NCBI GenBank assembly: GCA_034521735.1
Contig: JAXHLX010000032.1
Coordinates: forward strand, 33,280 to 97,279
From: Bacteroidales bacterium
GTDB lineage: Bacteria; Bacteroidota; Bacteroidia; Bacteroidales; VadinHA17
Direction of reading: 5' to 3'
Length of the DNA stretch: 64,000 bases
In this document: piece after piece, positions 19,116 to 29,495 of the stretch
Layout of the letters: each line of letters opens with the position of its first letter
Numbering within the stretch: the stretch's first letter is position 1
The notes under the pieces: generated by a model
Told to the model about the DNA's origin: nothing
What the model saw: only the letters and a program-made list of their open reading frames with translations
The model's database searches: none
Made by a program: the position numbers and the translations under genes

Positions 19116-19560
19116 GGTATTTACCCCTGCTGTTATATACAGCCTTGCATTTTATCTCACACCACCGTATTTGCTTTGTACGGGTCAGTATCCTGAAATT
19201 AAGAGATTGCCGTATATCAATAAAATTCAATGAGTCAGAAATATATTTCCTGAAATCATCAAGGTCGGCAGGATATATAATATCATCGAGAAGATCAGGC
19301 TTTGCCATAAGTTCACCGGCAGCATAACCTGTTATATTCTGACAGGAAGGAGAAATATACTCAAAACCCCTGTCGGGCCTGAACCAGAGTTCCCAGTCGT
19401 GGGCAAAATCAGCTATAAGCTTGTACCTTTCCAGCGAACGCTGTATTTCCTCCATCCTGATTTTCTGATCAGTATTTTCAATTTTAAGGGAGCTGTTTTC
19501 CAGTTCAAGCTCTTTTAAACGCTCATTCAACCTAACAATATGCTTTTCATCTTCCATCAA
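19090..19560 (-). CDS. PAS-domain N-terminal fragment of the frameshifted PAS-LuxR gene
   Basis: 156-aa ORF: coiled coil, then a PAS-like 'ADFAHDWELWFRPDRGFEYISPSCQNITGY...'. Confidence 0.7.
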   Translation of the reverse strand: MMEDEKHIVRLNERLKELELENSSLKIENTDQKIRMEEIQRSLERYKLIADFAHDWELWFRPDRGFEYISPSCQNITGYAAGELMAKPDLLDDIIYPADLDDFRKYISDSLNFIDIRQSLNFRILTRTKQIRWCEIKCKAVYNSRGKYLGQRRIGQ

Positions 19561-19748
19561 AAAAAAGGACTATTAATATTATGTAATTATTCACCAGTCA
19601 ATTATAATTACTTATCCAATCCCAGTACAAACATAACAATAATTTATTATAAGGAAGCTGGCATAACTAATAAATCATATCCCCACTATTACGCGGTATT
19701 TAAAAAATCCAGGGCTGGGATAAGCTGAGGCCTCTGATAATTTCCCTG

Positions 19749-21599
19749 TTAATCAATATTTTTTAATAGCGCCAATGATCTGGGGGCTATCTTATAAATA
19801 TTTTTTACCTGCTTATCCTGATCAGTCATATCGGGATAAGCTGTATCTGTAAGTGTTTCCCATTTTGAACTCAGTTCCTCATGAGGGAGGGTAAAGGATA
19901 CCGGTTCCCAGTAACTGTTTACAAGGATAAGCAGGACATCACCGGTGATCTTATTTCCATACTCATCCATTTCAAGCATCAGTTCACCGTTAAGCAGCAT
20001 TCCCATGCATCGTATAAAACTTGTATCCCACTCTTCCTTGCTCATATCCAGACCATCGGTATTAAGCCAGCGGATATCCTTTATTCCTTCGCCCTGGATT
20101 GGCCGGTTTTTAAAATACCTTCTCCGATGCAGTACAGGGTACTGATTCCTGAGTCCTATGATCTTCCTGGTAAAATCGTGTAATTTTTTATGATCATTAT
20201 TCCATTCCCAGTTCATCCAGGCAATCTCATTATCCTGGCAGTAGGCATTATTATTCCCCTGCTGTGTCCGTCCGTATTCGTCGCCATGACTGATCATCGG
20301 AACGCCCTGGCTCAACAGGAGGGTTCCCAGGAAATTCCTTTTTCTTTTTTCTCTCAGGGCAATTACTTCCGGATCGTCGGTGGGACCTTCTTCACCGCTG
20401 TTCCAGCTAATATTATGATCCTCACCGTCCTTGTTATCCTCTCCGTTATCCTCATTGTATTTCTGGTTATAACTGACAAGGTCATGAAGAGTAAAACCAT
20501 CATGTGCAGTAACAAAATTAATACTGGAAGAGGGTGCTTTGCCATTATCTGCATACAGGTCGCTGCTGCCGCTCAAACGATAACCCAGTTCACTTACCTG
20601 GCTTTCATCTCCACGCCAGAATTTTCTTACTGAATCGCGGTACTTCCCATTCCACTCAGCCCACAATACCGGGAAATTACCAACCTGGTACCCGCCCTCA
20701 CCCAGGTCCCAGGGTTCAGCAATAAGCTTCAGCTGTGAGATGGTCGGATCCTGGTGGATAGTATCAAGGAAAGTAGACAGTTTCCCTACATCGTACAGTC
20801 CGCGGGCGAGAGTCGAGGCAAGGTCGAAGCGGAAGCCATCCACCTGCATCTCATCAGCCCAGTACCTCAGGCTGTCCATGACTATTTGCAAGGTACGGCT
20901 GTTAATCATATTGAGAGTATTTCCGGTGCCTGTATAATCCTTATAGTACAGAGGCTTTTTGGAGTCCATACGGTAATAATTGAGATTATCAATGCCACGG
21001 AAAGCGAGGCTGGGTCCCAGGTGATTGCCTTCACCTGTATGATTGTATACTACATCCAGGATTATTTCTATTCCTTCACGGTGATAGGCCTTCACCATCT
21101 CCTTAAACTCGCTGACCTGCTCACCCGACATTCCGGATGCACTGTATTCAGCATGGGGAGCAAAAAAGCCGATAGAATTATAGCCCCAGTAATTTGACAG
21201 CCCTTTATCAAGTAAAAACTTGTTATGCACAAAATGATGTATCGGCATAAGTTCAATGGCTGTTACACCAAGATCCTTAAAATAGTTTATGATACTGGGG
21301 TTTGCCAGTCCCCTGTAAGTGCCTCTTTCATGCTCAGGGATATCAGGATGTGTTGCTGTGAAACCCTTTACATGCAATTCATAAATAATTGATTTATGCA
21401 GAGGGGTATCCGGCTTGGCTATACCTTCCCAGTCAAAAGCGGTATCTATCACCACAGATTTGTTCATCTCGCCTCCGCTGTCCTCAATATTCTTCTCAAG
21501 GATACTTTTCTTTTTGTCTCCCACCAGCGAATAATCAAACATGCTCTCCTTTACCTCAAGCTTTCCCTGTATCGCCTTGGCATAAGGATCGATTAACAA
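19749..21599 (-). CDS. glgX: glycogen debranching enzyme GlgX (GH13), major C-terminal fragment
   Basis: 616-aa ORF beginning at 'LIDPYAKAI'. GH13 blocks '[16 protein letters not shown]', '[10 protein letters not shown]', 'LIAEPWD' and '[12 protein letters not shown]'. Confidence 0.9.
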   Translation of the reverse strand: MLIDPYAKAIQGKLEVKESMFDYSLVGDKKKSILEKNIEDSGGEMNKSVVIDTAFDWEGIAKPDTPLHKSIIYELHVKGFTATHPDIPEHERGTYRGLANPSIINYFKDLGVTAIELMPIHHFVHNKFLLDKGLSNYWGYNSIGFFAPHAEYSASGMSGEQVSEFKEMVKAYHREGIEIILDVVYNHTGEGNHLGPSLAFRGIDNLNYYRMDSKKPLYYKDYTGTGNTLNMINSRTLQIVMDSLRYWADEMQVDGFRFDLASTLARGLYDVGKLSTFLDTIHQDPTISQLKLIAEPWDLGEGGYQVGNFPVLWAEWNGKYRDSVRKFWRGDESQVSELGYRLSGSSDLYADNGKAPSSSINFVTAHDGFTLHDLVSYNQKYNEDNGEDNKDGEDHNISWNSGEEGPTDDPEVIALREKRKRNFLGTLLLSQGVPMISHGDEYGRTQQGNNNAYCQDNEIAWMNWEWNNDHKKLHDFTRKIIGLRNQYPVLHRRRYFKNRPIQGEGIKDIRWLNTDGLDMSKEEWDTSFIRCMGMLLNGELMLEMDEYGNKITGDVLLILVNSYWEPVSFTLPHEELSSKWETLTDTAYPDMTDQDKQVKNIYKIAPRSLALLKNID

Positions 21600-21889
21600 C
21601 TTCTGGGAATTGAACCGGATCCCTTTTTGGGCTGATACCTGCCATAGACCCTGTAGCCGTATAGCTGACCGGGCTTTATCCCCTTTACCCAGGCATGCCA
21701 GACGTAATCGGTTACTTCCTCAAAACTTATCTGCTCATACTCCTCCTCATCATCCTCATTTTTAAACAGACATAACTTAACCCCGGTTGCATTTTCCGTG
21801 TACAGGGCAAAATTCACTCCTTCTCCGTCATATGTGGCGCCCAGGGGATAGGGTTTGCCAGGTAATATTCTGCTATCGAAATTTTTCAT
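21593..21889 (-). CDS. glgX: glycogen debranching enzyme GlgX, N-terminal fragment
   Basis: Begins '[30 protein letters not shown]...' (ATG 21889). It runs into a stop 9 codons after a T5 run; the +1 frame reads ...[20 protein letters not shown]. Confidence 0.88.
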   Translation of the reverse strand: MKNFDSRILPGKPYPLGATYDGEGVNFALYTENATGVKLCLFKNEDDEEEYEQISFEEVTDYVWHAWVKGIKPGQLYGYRVYGRYQPKKGSGSIPRSC

Positions 21890-22224
21890 CACAATAAAAT
21901 ATTTATATCACTGTATATTGAATATCCACAAATGTAATACTGATAAAGTTCCTTCTTCTGCTGCACCAATGATCAGTCAGAATCTCATTATACTTTAAAT
22001 ATCGGAGAATAACAAACTTATCTGCAAGCTGGTAATAAATATTATCAGCCTGGATATCCGGAACCTGAAACAATAAAACTAATTATTTGTTTATCAGATC
22101 GAAATTAAGTATAATCTGTAAAAATATTAGTTATTACTGAAGTTTACTTCATTCAGTGCCCCTGCTTGCAAAAAAATCGAAATTGTGAATTTTGTTCCCC
22201 GGAACATTTAATATCATTTTATCT

Positions 22225-24060
22225 ATGGAGTATAAAAGAGTTTTTCCTGTTTTCTCAGATGATAAAAGCTGTGAATTTAATTTATGGGCCCCAAAAGCCA
22301 GAGACATTAAACTGGTTCTTACCGACCATAACAGTGAGATACCCATGAATCAGGGAGAGCACGGATACTGGAGTCTGAAAAGTGATGATATCAGTCCCGG
22401 CACCCTTTATAAGTATAAAATAGATAAAGGTGAAAGTTTCCCCGACCCGGCATCATTATCACAACCTGAATCCGTACATGGTCCCTCGGAAGTAATCAGG
22501 CTGGATGATTTTGAATGGTCAGACCAGCAATGGGCAAATATCCCGCCAGAGAAGATGATACAATATGAACTTCATACCGGCACCTTTACGGAGACCGGTA
22601 ATTTCGAAGGCATTATTTCCAGGCTCCCGTATTTAAAAGACCTGGGTATCAATACCATTGAATTATTACCTGTTGCCCGCTTCAGCGGCAGGAGGAACTG
22701 GGGATATGATGGTGTATATCCCTTTGCGGTTCACCATCACTACGGAGGTGCAAAAAAACTGATGCAGCTTGTTAATGAATGCCATAAGCAGGGTATTGCG
22801 GTGATCCTGGATGTGGTATATAACCATCTGGGTCCTGAAGGGAATTATACATCCATGTATGGTCCTTATTTTTCGGGGAAATATTCCACACCATGGGGAA
22901 AACCAATGAATTATGACGGTCCGCACAGCGATGGTGTCAGAAATTTTGTAATCCAGAATGCACTTATGTGGTGCCGTGATTTTCACATAGATGGACTCCG
23001 CCTGGATGCAATTCATGCCATTTATGATTTCGGTGCCCGGCATATCCTGAAGGAAATGGCAGAAAATTTGGAACATTTAAGCCGGCAGATGAAAAAAAGT
23101 CACTATTTAATCGCAGAATCCGACCTTAACGATGTAAGGTATATCAGTTCTTTCGAAAATGGGGGCTGCGGACTTGATGCACAGTGGTCAGACGATTTTC
23201 ATCATGCCGTCCACAGTCTTGTTACAAAAGAGAATAAAGGATATTATATGGATTATGGCAAAGCCCGGCATTTGTCCAAAGCAATCAAGGACAGCTTTGT
23301 ATATGATGGGGAATATTCCCCGTTCAGAAAAAAAACATATGGCAGTTCCACAAAAAACAATCAGGCCAAACAGTTTGTCATATTCACCCAGAACCATGAT
23401 CAGACAGGTAACAGGAAAAATGGTGAAAGGCTTATATCCTTAAGCGATTTTGAAACAGCCAAACTGGTTGCGGGAACAATGTTTGTCTCCCCGAATATCC
23501 CCATGCTTTTCATGGGTGAAGAATATGCTGAAACACAGCCCTTTTATTATTTCGTCAGCCACCTCGATCCGGGTCTTAATGAGCTTGTCAGAAAAGGCAG
23601 ATCGGAAGAATTCAAAGATCATTATGAGGGTAAGGAAGAGGCTCCCGACCCTTCCTCACCCGAAACATTCCAAAAGTCAAAACTCTCCTGGAACATCAGC
23701 GAGGGATCCCCATCCGAAGCCATGTTTGAATACTATAAAGCACTTATCACCATCCGCAAGGATCATCCCGTGCTGAAAGTACCTGATAAGGATAAGCTGG
23801 AGATCACTGAAAAAGACCTGCTGTTTACTCTCAGACGATGGGAGAAAGAAAATCATATTCTCAGCTTCATGAATTACGGCGATAATGAACAAAGTGTCCT
23901 GATCCCTGATAATGAAGCAGTCCGGTTCCATAAGATACTGGATTCGGCGGAAAGCCGGTTTAAGGGGTCCGGACAAACATGCAGCAACACAGCAGATCCG
24001 GGCGACCGGATCAGCATCCCGGGTAAAACAATTATAATATATTCAAATAAACCATTATGA
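22225..24060 (+). CDS. treZ: malto-oligosyltrehalose trehalohydrolase (GH13)
   Basis: ATG 22225 ('MEYKRVFPVF'; the track ORF starts at TTG 22192). Motifs 'PDPASLSQPESVHGPSEV', 'WGYDGVYPFAVHHHYGG', '[16 protein letters not shown]' and 'DGLRLDAIHAI'. Confidence 0.9.
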   Translation: MEYKRVFPVFSDDKSCEFNLWAPKARDIKLVLTDHNSEIPMNQGEHGYWSLKSDDISPGTLYKYKIDKGESFPDPASLSQPESVHGPSEVIRLDDFEWSDQQWANIPPEKMIQYELHTGTFTETGNFEGIISRLPYLKDLGINTIELLPVARFSGRRNWGYDGVYPFAVHHHYGGAKKLMQLVNECHKQGIAVILDVVYNHLGPEGNYTSMYGPYFSGKYSTPWGKPMNYDGPHSDGVRNFVIQNALMWCRDFHIDGLRLDAIHAIYDFGARHILKEMAENLEHLSRQMKKSHYLIAESDLNDVRYISSFENGGCGLDAQWSDDFHHAVHSLVTKENKGYYMDYGKARHLSKAIKDSFVYDGEYSPFRKKTYGSSTKNNQAKQFVIFTQNHDQTGNRKNGERLISLSDFETAKLVAGTMFVSPNIPMLFMGEEYAETQPFYYFVSHLDPGLNELVRKGRSEEFKDHYEGKEEAPDPSSPETFQKSKLSWNISEGSPSEAMFEYYKALITIRKDHPVLKVPDKDKLEITEKDLLFTLRRWEKENHILSFMNYGDNEQSVLIPDNEAVRFHKILDSAESRFKGSGQTCSNTADPGDRISIPGKTIIIYSNKPL

Positions 24061-24938
24061 ACGGTCAACAAAGAGTTATCATAGAGAATGTTAAGCCCTT
24101 AATCAATTGCGGGGAGTTTCCTGTGAAACGCGTATTGAATGATACGATAAGGGTGGAAGCAGATATTTTCTGCGACAGTCATGATGTCATTATTGCCGAG
24201 CTCTCCTGGAAATATAGTAAGGATGATAAGCGGGATACAAAAGAAATGAGCTATGATATTAATGACAGATGGTATGGCACTTTCAAACTGAGCAGAACAG
24301 GTAGCTGGCACTTCTCGATACAGGCCTGGGCAGATCAATTCCGATCCTGGCACAGGGATATTTTAAAAAAGATAGATGCTTCGTCAGATTATGAAGTTGA
24401 TATCCTTAGCGGTGCAGAGATCATAAGATCAAGCCTGGATGAATACCCTGATATAAATCCGGAAGACAAAGCTTTTCTCAATGAAGCAATTAATAATTTT
24501 TCATCCGGCAGCGGGCATGCTAAAGATAAAATCGGCCTCATCCTCGACGGAAGCCTTTATGATATAATGGTGAAATACCCGGTAAAAAAACACATAAGCA
24601 GGTTTGAAAAAGAAGCGGAAGTGGAAGTGGAAAGACCCAGGGCCGGTTTCAGCAGCTGGTATGAAGTATTTCCCCGCTCGCTGGGACACGGTGATAACAG
24701 TCACGGCAGCCTGGCTGACTGCATTGATTTTCTTCCATATGTCTCTGAAATGGGCTTTGATGTTATGTACCTGCCCCCATCCATCCTGTTGGAAAGACCA
24801 GGCGTAAAGGAAAAAATAACAGCACAGTCTGCGAACCTGGAGATCCCGGCTCACCCTGGGCCATCGGCAGCGAGGAAGGAGGCCACAAATCCATACATCC
24901 TGAACTTGGAGACCATGAGGACCTCCGCGCCCTGGTAA
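24057..24938 (+). CDS. glgE: alpha-1,4-glucan:maltose-1-phosphate maltosyltransferase GlgE, N-terminal fragment
   Basis: The start overlaps the treZ stop (ATGA). Begins 'RVIIENVKPLINCGEFPVKRVLNDTIRVEADIFCDSHD'. The frame is lost after '...GFDVMYLPP'. Confidence 0.88.
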   Translation: MNGQQRVIIENVKPLINCGEFPVKRVLNDTIRVEADIFCDSHDVIIAELSWKYSKDDKRDTKEMSYDINDRWYGTFKLSRTGSWHFSIQAWADQFRSWHRDILKKIDASSDYEVDILSGAEIIRSSLDEYPDINPEDKAFLNEAINNFSSGSGHAKDKIGLILDGSLYDIMVKYPVKKHISRFEKEAEVEVERPRAGFSSWYEVFPRSLGHGDNSHGSLADCIDFLPYVSEMGFDVMYLPPSILLERPGVKEKITAQSANLEIPAHPGPSAARKEATNPYILNLETMRTSAPW

Positions 24939-25036
24939 AAAAAGCTTCGGAGCACGGGATAGAGATAGCCCTCGACATAGCTTTTCAGTGCTCCCCTGAT
25001 CATCCCTGGGTAAAAGAACACCCTCAGTGGTTCAAA

Positions 25037-26050
25037 ATGAGACCTGACGGCAGCCTGCAGTATGCTGAGAATCCACCAAAAAAATATGAAGACATCTATC
25101 CGCTTAACTTTGAAACTAATGACTGGAAGGCCCTGTGGGAAGAACTGAAGAGTGTGTTTCTGCACTGGATAGACCAGGGCATAAAAATTTTCAGGGTGGA
25201 TAATCCCCATACCAAATCACTACGCTTCTGGGGATGGGTGACAAAAGAGATTAAAAAAGAACATGATGATATCATTCTTCTGTCGGAAGCTTTTACGCGC
25301 CCGAAATTAATGTACCAGCTGGCCAAGCAGGGCTTTTCACAATCATATACATATTTTACCTGGAGGAACACAAAATATGAGATAAGCACTTACTGCCGGG
25401 AACTAGTGAATACCGAAACCCGCGAATTTTTCAGGCCCAGCTTCTGGCCAAATACTCCCGATATACTGCCGGAATATCTCCAGGTAGCACCGCGGTCCGG
25501 GTTCATACAAAGGATAGCCCTTGCAGCTACCCTGAGTTCAAACTACGGTATATACGGCCCGGCATTCGAATTAATGGAAAACACAGCGGTAGCCCCCGGG
25601 AAAGAGGAGTACCTTAATTCCGAGAAATATGAAATAAAGAACTGGGACATCAGTGATCCGCAAAGCCTGAAAAGTATTATTAAAAGGATCAATAAGATCA
25701 GAAATGAGAACAGGGCACTTCAGAATACCCATAGCCTCAAGTTTCATGATATTGATAATGAAGCCCTGATCTGCTACAGTAAAACATCGGATGACCTGGA
25801 TAATATCATCCTGGTTGTGCTTAACCTTGATCCCCATCACACCCATTCCGGATGGATCAGCTTCCCCCCTGAAGAATTCCAGATGGATCCTCATGTGCCC
25901 TTCCAGGTTCATGATCTTCTGAGCGGTTCATTTTTCATGTGGAACGGAGAACATAATTACGTTGAGATAGATCCGGGCATCATGCCCCTCCATATTTTCA
26001 AGATCAGGAGAAAGATCCGTTCTGAAAAAGATTTTGACTATTTCATATAA
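25037..26050 (+). CDS. glgE: maltosyltransferase GlgE, C-terminal fragment
   Basis: The frame is open back to 24779 and reads IHPVGKTRRKGKNNSTVCEPGDPGSPWAIGSEEGGHKSIHPELG...QCSPDHPWVKEHPQWFKMRPDGSLQYAENPPKKYEDIYPLNF, which are classic GlgE blocks. Confidence 0.9.
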   Translation: MRPDGSLQYAENPPKKYEDIYPLNFETNDWKALWEELKSVFLHWIDQGIKIFRVDNPHTKSLRFWGWVTKEIKKEHDDIILLSEAFTRPKLMYQLAKQGFSQSYTYFTWRNTKYEISTYCRELVNTETREFFRPSFWPNTPDILPEYLQVAPRSGFIQRIALAATLSSNYGIYGPAFELMENTAVAPGKEEYLNSEKYEIKNWDISDPQSLKSIIKRINKIRNENRALQNTHSLKFHDIDNEALICYSKTSDDLDNIILVVLNLDPHHTHSGWISFPPEEFQMDPHVPFQVHDLLSGSFFMWNGEHNYVEIDPGIMPLHIFKIRRKIRSEKDFDYFI

Positions 26051-26063
26051 AGAGAAGGTAACT

Positions 26064-29000
26064 ATGCAGGATAAAAGCAAAAAAACATGGTATAAGGATG
26101 CGGTCATTTATCAGGCCCATGTAAGATCATTTCTTGATAGTAACGGGGATGGCATAGGCGATTTCAGAGGCCTGATCAAAAAACTCGATTACCTGAAAAG
26201 TCTGGGCGTAAACGCCCTCTGGCTCTTACCTTTCTACAGGTCGCCATTAAGAGACGGAGGATATGATATAGCTGATTTTACACGTATCCATGATGATTAC
26301 GGCACCATGGCCGATTTCAAACGTTTTATACAGGAAGCACATAAGAGAGAGCTGAGGGTGATAACTGAGTTGGTGCTTAATCATACTTCCATTGAACACA
26401 AATGGTTTGAAAGAGCACGCAATGCAAAGCCGGGAAGTGTCTACAGAGATTTTTACGTATGGAATGACAGTACAAATAAATACACAGAGGCACGTATCAT
26501 CTTTCAGGACTTTGAAATATCAAACTGGTCATGGGACCCGGTGGCAAAGGCCTATTACTGGCATCGCTTTTATTCTCATCAGCCCGATCTGAATTTCGAT
26601 AATCCCAGCGTCCATAAAGCCATAATAAAGGTGCTGGATTTCTGGTTCGATGCAGGGGTGGATGGTCTGCGGCTTGATGCTGTGCCCTATCTGTACCAGC
26701 GCGAAGGCACAAATTGTGAGAATCTTCCCGAAACGCATCAGTTCCTGAAAAAATTACGCTCACATATTGATGAAAGATACGAAGATAAGATGCTCCTGGC
26801 CGAAGCCAATCAATGGCCCGATGATGCATCCCGGTATTTCGGGGAAGGCGATGAATGCCATATGTCTTTTCATTTCCCCCTTATGCCCCGCTTATACATG
26901 TCCCTGAAAATGGAAGACCGCTTCCCCTTAATTGATATTCTGGATCAGACACCCGCAATTCCTGAAAACTGCCAGTGGGCTATTTTCCTCAGAAATCATG
27001 ATGAGCTAACCCTCGAGATGGTATCTGATGAGGAACGTGACTATATGTATAAATCATTTACCCAGAACCCAATGCAGAAGATCAACCTGGGAATCCGCAG
27101 AAGGCTGGCACCCCTGCTGGGAAATGACAGGAAGAATATAGAACTGATGAATATCCTGCTCTTTTCCTTACCTGGCACCCCCATAGTTTATTATGGCGAT
27201 GAGATAGGCATGGGCGATAATTATTACCTGGGCGACCGCGACGGTGTAAGGACACCCATGCAATGGTCTGCTGATAGAAATGCCGGTTTTTCATCAGCCG
27301 AACCGCAGCAGCTGTTCCTGCCCCTGATATTCAATCATGATTACCATTATGAAAGCCTTAATGTTGAAAATTTTGAGAAAAATCCGTCCTCCCTTCTCTG
27401 GTGGATGCGACGGATAATAGCCATAAGAAAACAATACAAAGCATTTAGCCGGGGAGATATAAATTTTATAGACACCAGTAATTCAAAGATCCTGGCATTC
27501 ACAAGAAAATATGAGGATGAGATTATCCTGGTCATTATAAATCTTTCCAGGTATTCGCAGCAGGCACAGCTTGACCTCACTGAATATGAAGGCTATATAC
27601 CTACGGAAATATTCAGCCGTAATGATTTTACTCCCATAGATGAACGTCCCTATGCATTTCCCCTGCAATTTAAGAACTACTTCTGGTTCGAATTACGCAA
27701 ACCCCAGGAGGAAGATCTTACAGAAGCTCTTTCAATGGATTACAACCTGGAATTATCGGCCAGGCAGTGGAACCAGATGTATGAAACAACAAAAAGATTA
27801 CTGAAAGGCCTCCTTCTTGAATATATCTACAAAAACAGGTGGTTCAGGGGAAAAGCAAGAAAGGTCAAAGATGTAAATATTATTGACGCGATGCCCCTGC
27901 ATACAGGCAGTCTGAATTCATACATACTCATCATTGAGACAATATATAATGAAGGAAAGAACGAACAGTATATAATCCCCCTTTCTATAATTACAGGTGA
28001 TGATTTGCATGATATAAAATACCATCACCCCGAAGCAGTCATTGTAAACATGGTTATAGATGGTCAAACAGGACTCCTGTATGACGGCTCATACGATCAG
28101 GAACTGAGAAATGCCCTCCTCAAACAGATCGTTCACAGGAGTAAACTAAAAAATAAAAAAGGCGAGATCGCCGGCCTGCCCGGGAAAAAATTAAATACCA
28201 AAATTAAAAGAAGCGAACTGCCCCTGCCATCGAAGGTATTAAGTGCAGAACAGTCAAATACCTCTTTACTCTATGACAACAGGTTCTTTTTAAAGATGTA
28301 CAGGAGTCCCGAGGAAGGGAATAATCCGGAGCTCGACGTAATAAAAGCACTGACAGAAAATACCAGCTTCAGGAATTTCCCGGCTTATTCCGGTTCCCTG
28401 GAATACAGATCGCAGGCCACCGGGAATATGTCCCTCGGATTACTGGTCGACTTTATCCCCAATGAAGGTAATGCCTGGGAATTCACCCGGAATTCCATAG
28501 AAAATTACTTCGACAGGATCAGATCCGGAAAAGAGCAACTGATGGCAGGATATGATGAAAAAACCGGTGATATATCAAAAATGTCAGGAGAGGAAACAGA
28601 AGATCAGGTTTTTGATCCTTTCTTCCTGGAGATGATAGCTCTTCTGGGCCGCCGGACTGCCGAAATGCATATGGCACTGAGTTCAATTAAAAAAGACAGG
28701 AACTTCGCCGAGGAGCCATTCTCCCTGTTGCATCAGAAATCATTATACCAGTCTTTCAGAACTCTCATCAAGCGTACATTTAACCAGATGAAAGCCTCGG
28801 TTAATAAACTGGATAAGGATCAACAATCATTGCTTGATGATATCATCAAGAATGAGACTCTGCTTTTATCGACCATCAAAAAGACACTGGAGCAGGAAAA
28901 AATACATACCTCCAAGATCAGGATACATGGAGATTATCACCTGGGTCAGGTATTGTTTACCGGCAAAGATTTTGTGATCATTGATTTTGAAGGCGAGCCC

Positions 29001-29384
29001 ACCCGCTCTCTTACTGCCAGAAGCCTGAAATACTGCCCGCTTAAGGATGTTGCCGGAATGCTCCGGTCTTTCCACTATGCAATCTATATGGGACAGCTGG
29101 AATACAAATCAAAGATCCCTGAAGACTCCGGCTTTCTTGATCCCTGGCTGGAAATATGGTATAATAAGATTAAGGACACTTTCCTTAAAAGCTATATGGA
29201 GACTGCTGCCGATGCTTCTTTTATACCCCGAAATAAAAGGCAGCTGGATGACCTCTTGTCTGTATATATCATTGAAAAAGCTATATATGAGGCAGATTAT
29301 GAACTGAATAACCGGCCTGACTGGTTACATATTCCTCTTAACGGACTTAAAAAAATACTGTATGAACTGATTGAGAATAAATAA
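26064..29384 (+). CDS. treS: trehalose synthase (GH13) fused to maltokinase (TreS-Mak/Pep2)
   Basis: ATG 26064 ('MQDKSKKTWYKDAVIYQAHVRSF'). The N-terminal ~550 aa are TreS-like ('GVNALWLLPFYRSPLRDGGYDIADF', 'GLRLDAVPYL'). The C-terminal ~450 aa are kinase-like ('IHGDYHLGQVLFTGKDFVIIDFEGEP'). Confidence 0.9.
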   Translation: MQDKSKKTWYKDAVIYQAHVRSFLDSNGDGIGDFRGLIKKLDYLKSLGVNALWLLPFYRSPLRDGGYDIADFTRIHDDYGTMADFKRFIQEAHKRELRVITELVLNHTSIEHKWFERARNAKPGSVYRDFYVWNDSTNKYTEARIIFQDFEISNWSWDPVAKAYYWHRFYSHQPDLNFDNPSVHKAIIKVLDFWFDAGVDGLRLDAVPYLYQREGTNCENLPETHQFLKKLRSHIDERYEDKMLLAEANQWPDDASRYFGEGDECHMSFHFPLMPRLYMSLKMEDRFPLIDILDQTPAIPENCQWAIFLRNHDELTLEMVSDEERDYMYKSFTQNPMQKINLGIRRRLAPLLGNDRKNIELMNILLFSLPGTPIVYYGDEIGMGDNYYLGDRDGVRTPMQWSADRNAGFSSAEPQQLFLPLIFNHDYHYESLNVENFEKNPSSLLWWMRRIIAIRKQYKAFSRGDINFIDTSNSKILAFTRKYEDEIILVIINLSRYSQQAQLDLTEYEGYIPTEIFSRNDFTPIDERPYAFPLQFKNYFWFELRKPQEEDLTEALSMDYNLELSARQWNQMYETTKRLLKGLLLEYIYKNRWFRGKARKVKDVNIIDAMPLHTGSLNSYILIIETIYNEGKNEQYIIPLSIITGDDLHDIKYHHPEAVIVNMVIDGQTGLLYDGSYDQELRNALLKQIVHRSKLKNKKGEIAGLPGKKLNTKIKRSELPLPSKVLSAEQSNTSLLYDNRFFLKMYRSPEEGNNPELDVIKALTENTSFRNFPAYSGSLEYRSQATGNMSLGLLVDFIPNEGNAWEFTRNSIENYFDRIRSGKEQLMAGYDEKTGDISKMSGEETEDQVFDPFFLEMIALLGRRTAEMHMALSSIKKDRNFAEEPFSLLHQKSLYQSFRTLIKRTFNQMKASVNKLDKDQQSLLDDIIKNETLLLSTIKKTLEQEKIHTSKIRIHGDYHLGQVLFTGKDFVIIDFEGEPTRSLTARSLKYCPLKDVAGMLRSFHYAIYMGQLEYKSKIPEDSGFLDPWLEIWYNKIKDTFLKSYMETAADASFIPRNKRQLDDLLSVYIIEKAIYEADYELNNRPDWLHIPLNGLKKILYELIENK

Positions 29385-29495
29385 TAAGTAACATCTCCCC
29401 TGTTGTGCCGTGACAGGTCGTTTCAGCGTACCTGCCATCTTAGGGGCCTTTTGAGACAGAGGGATTAATAAAACAGACAAAAAAGCATACTGATT

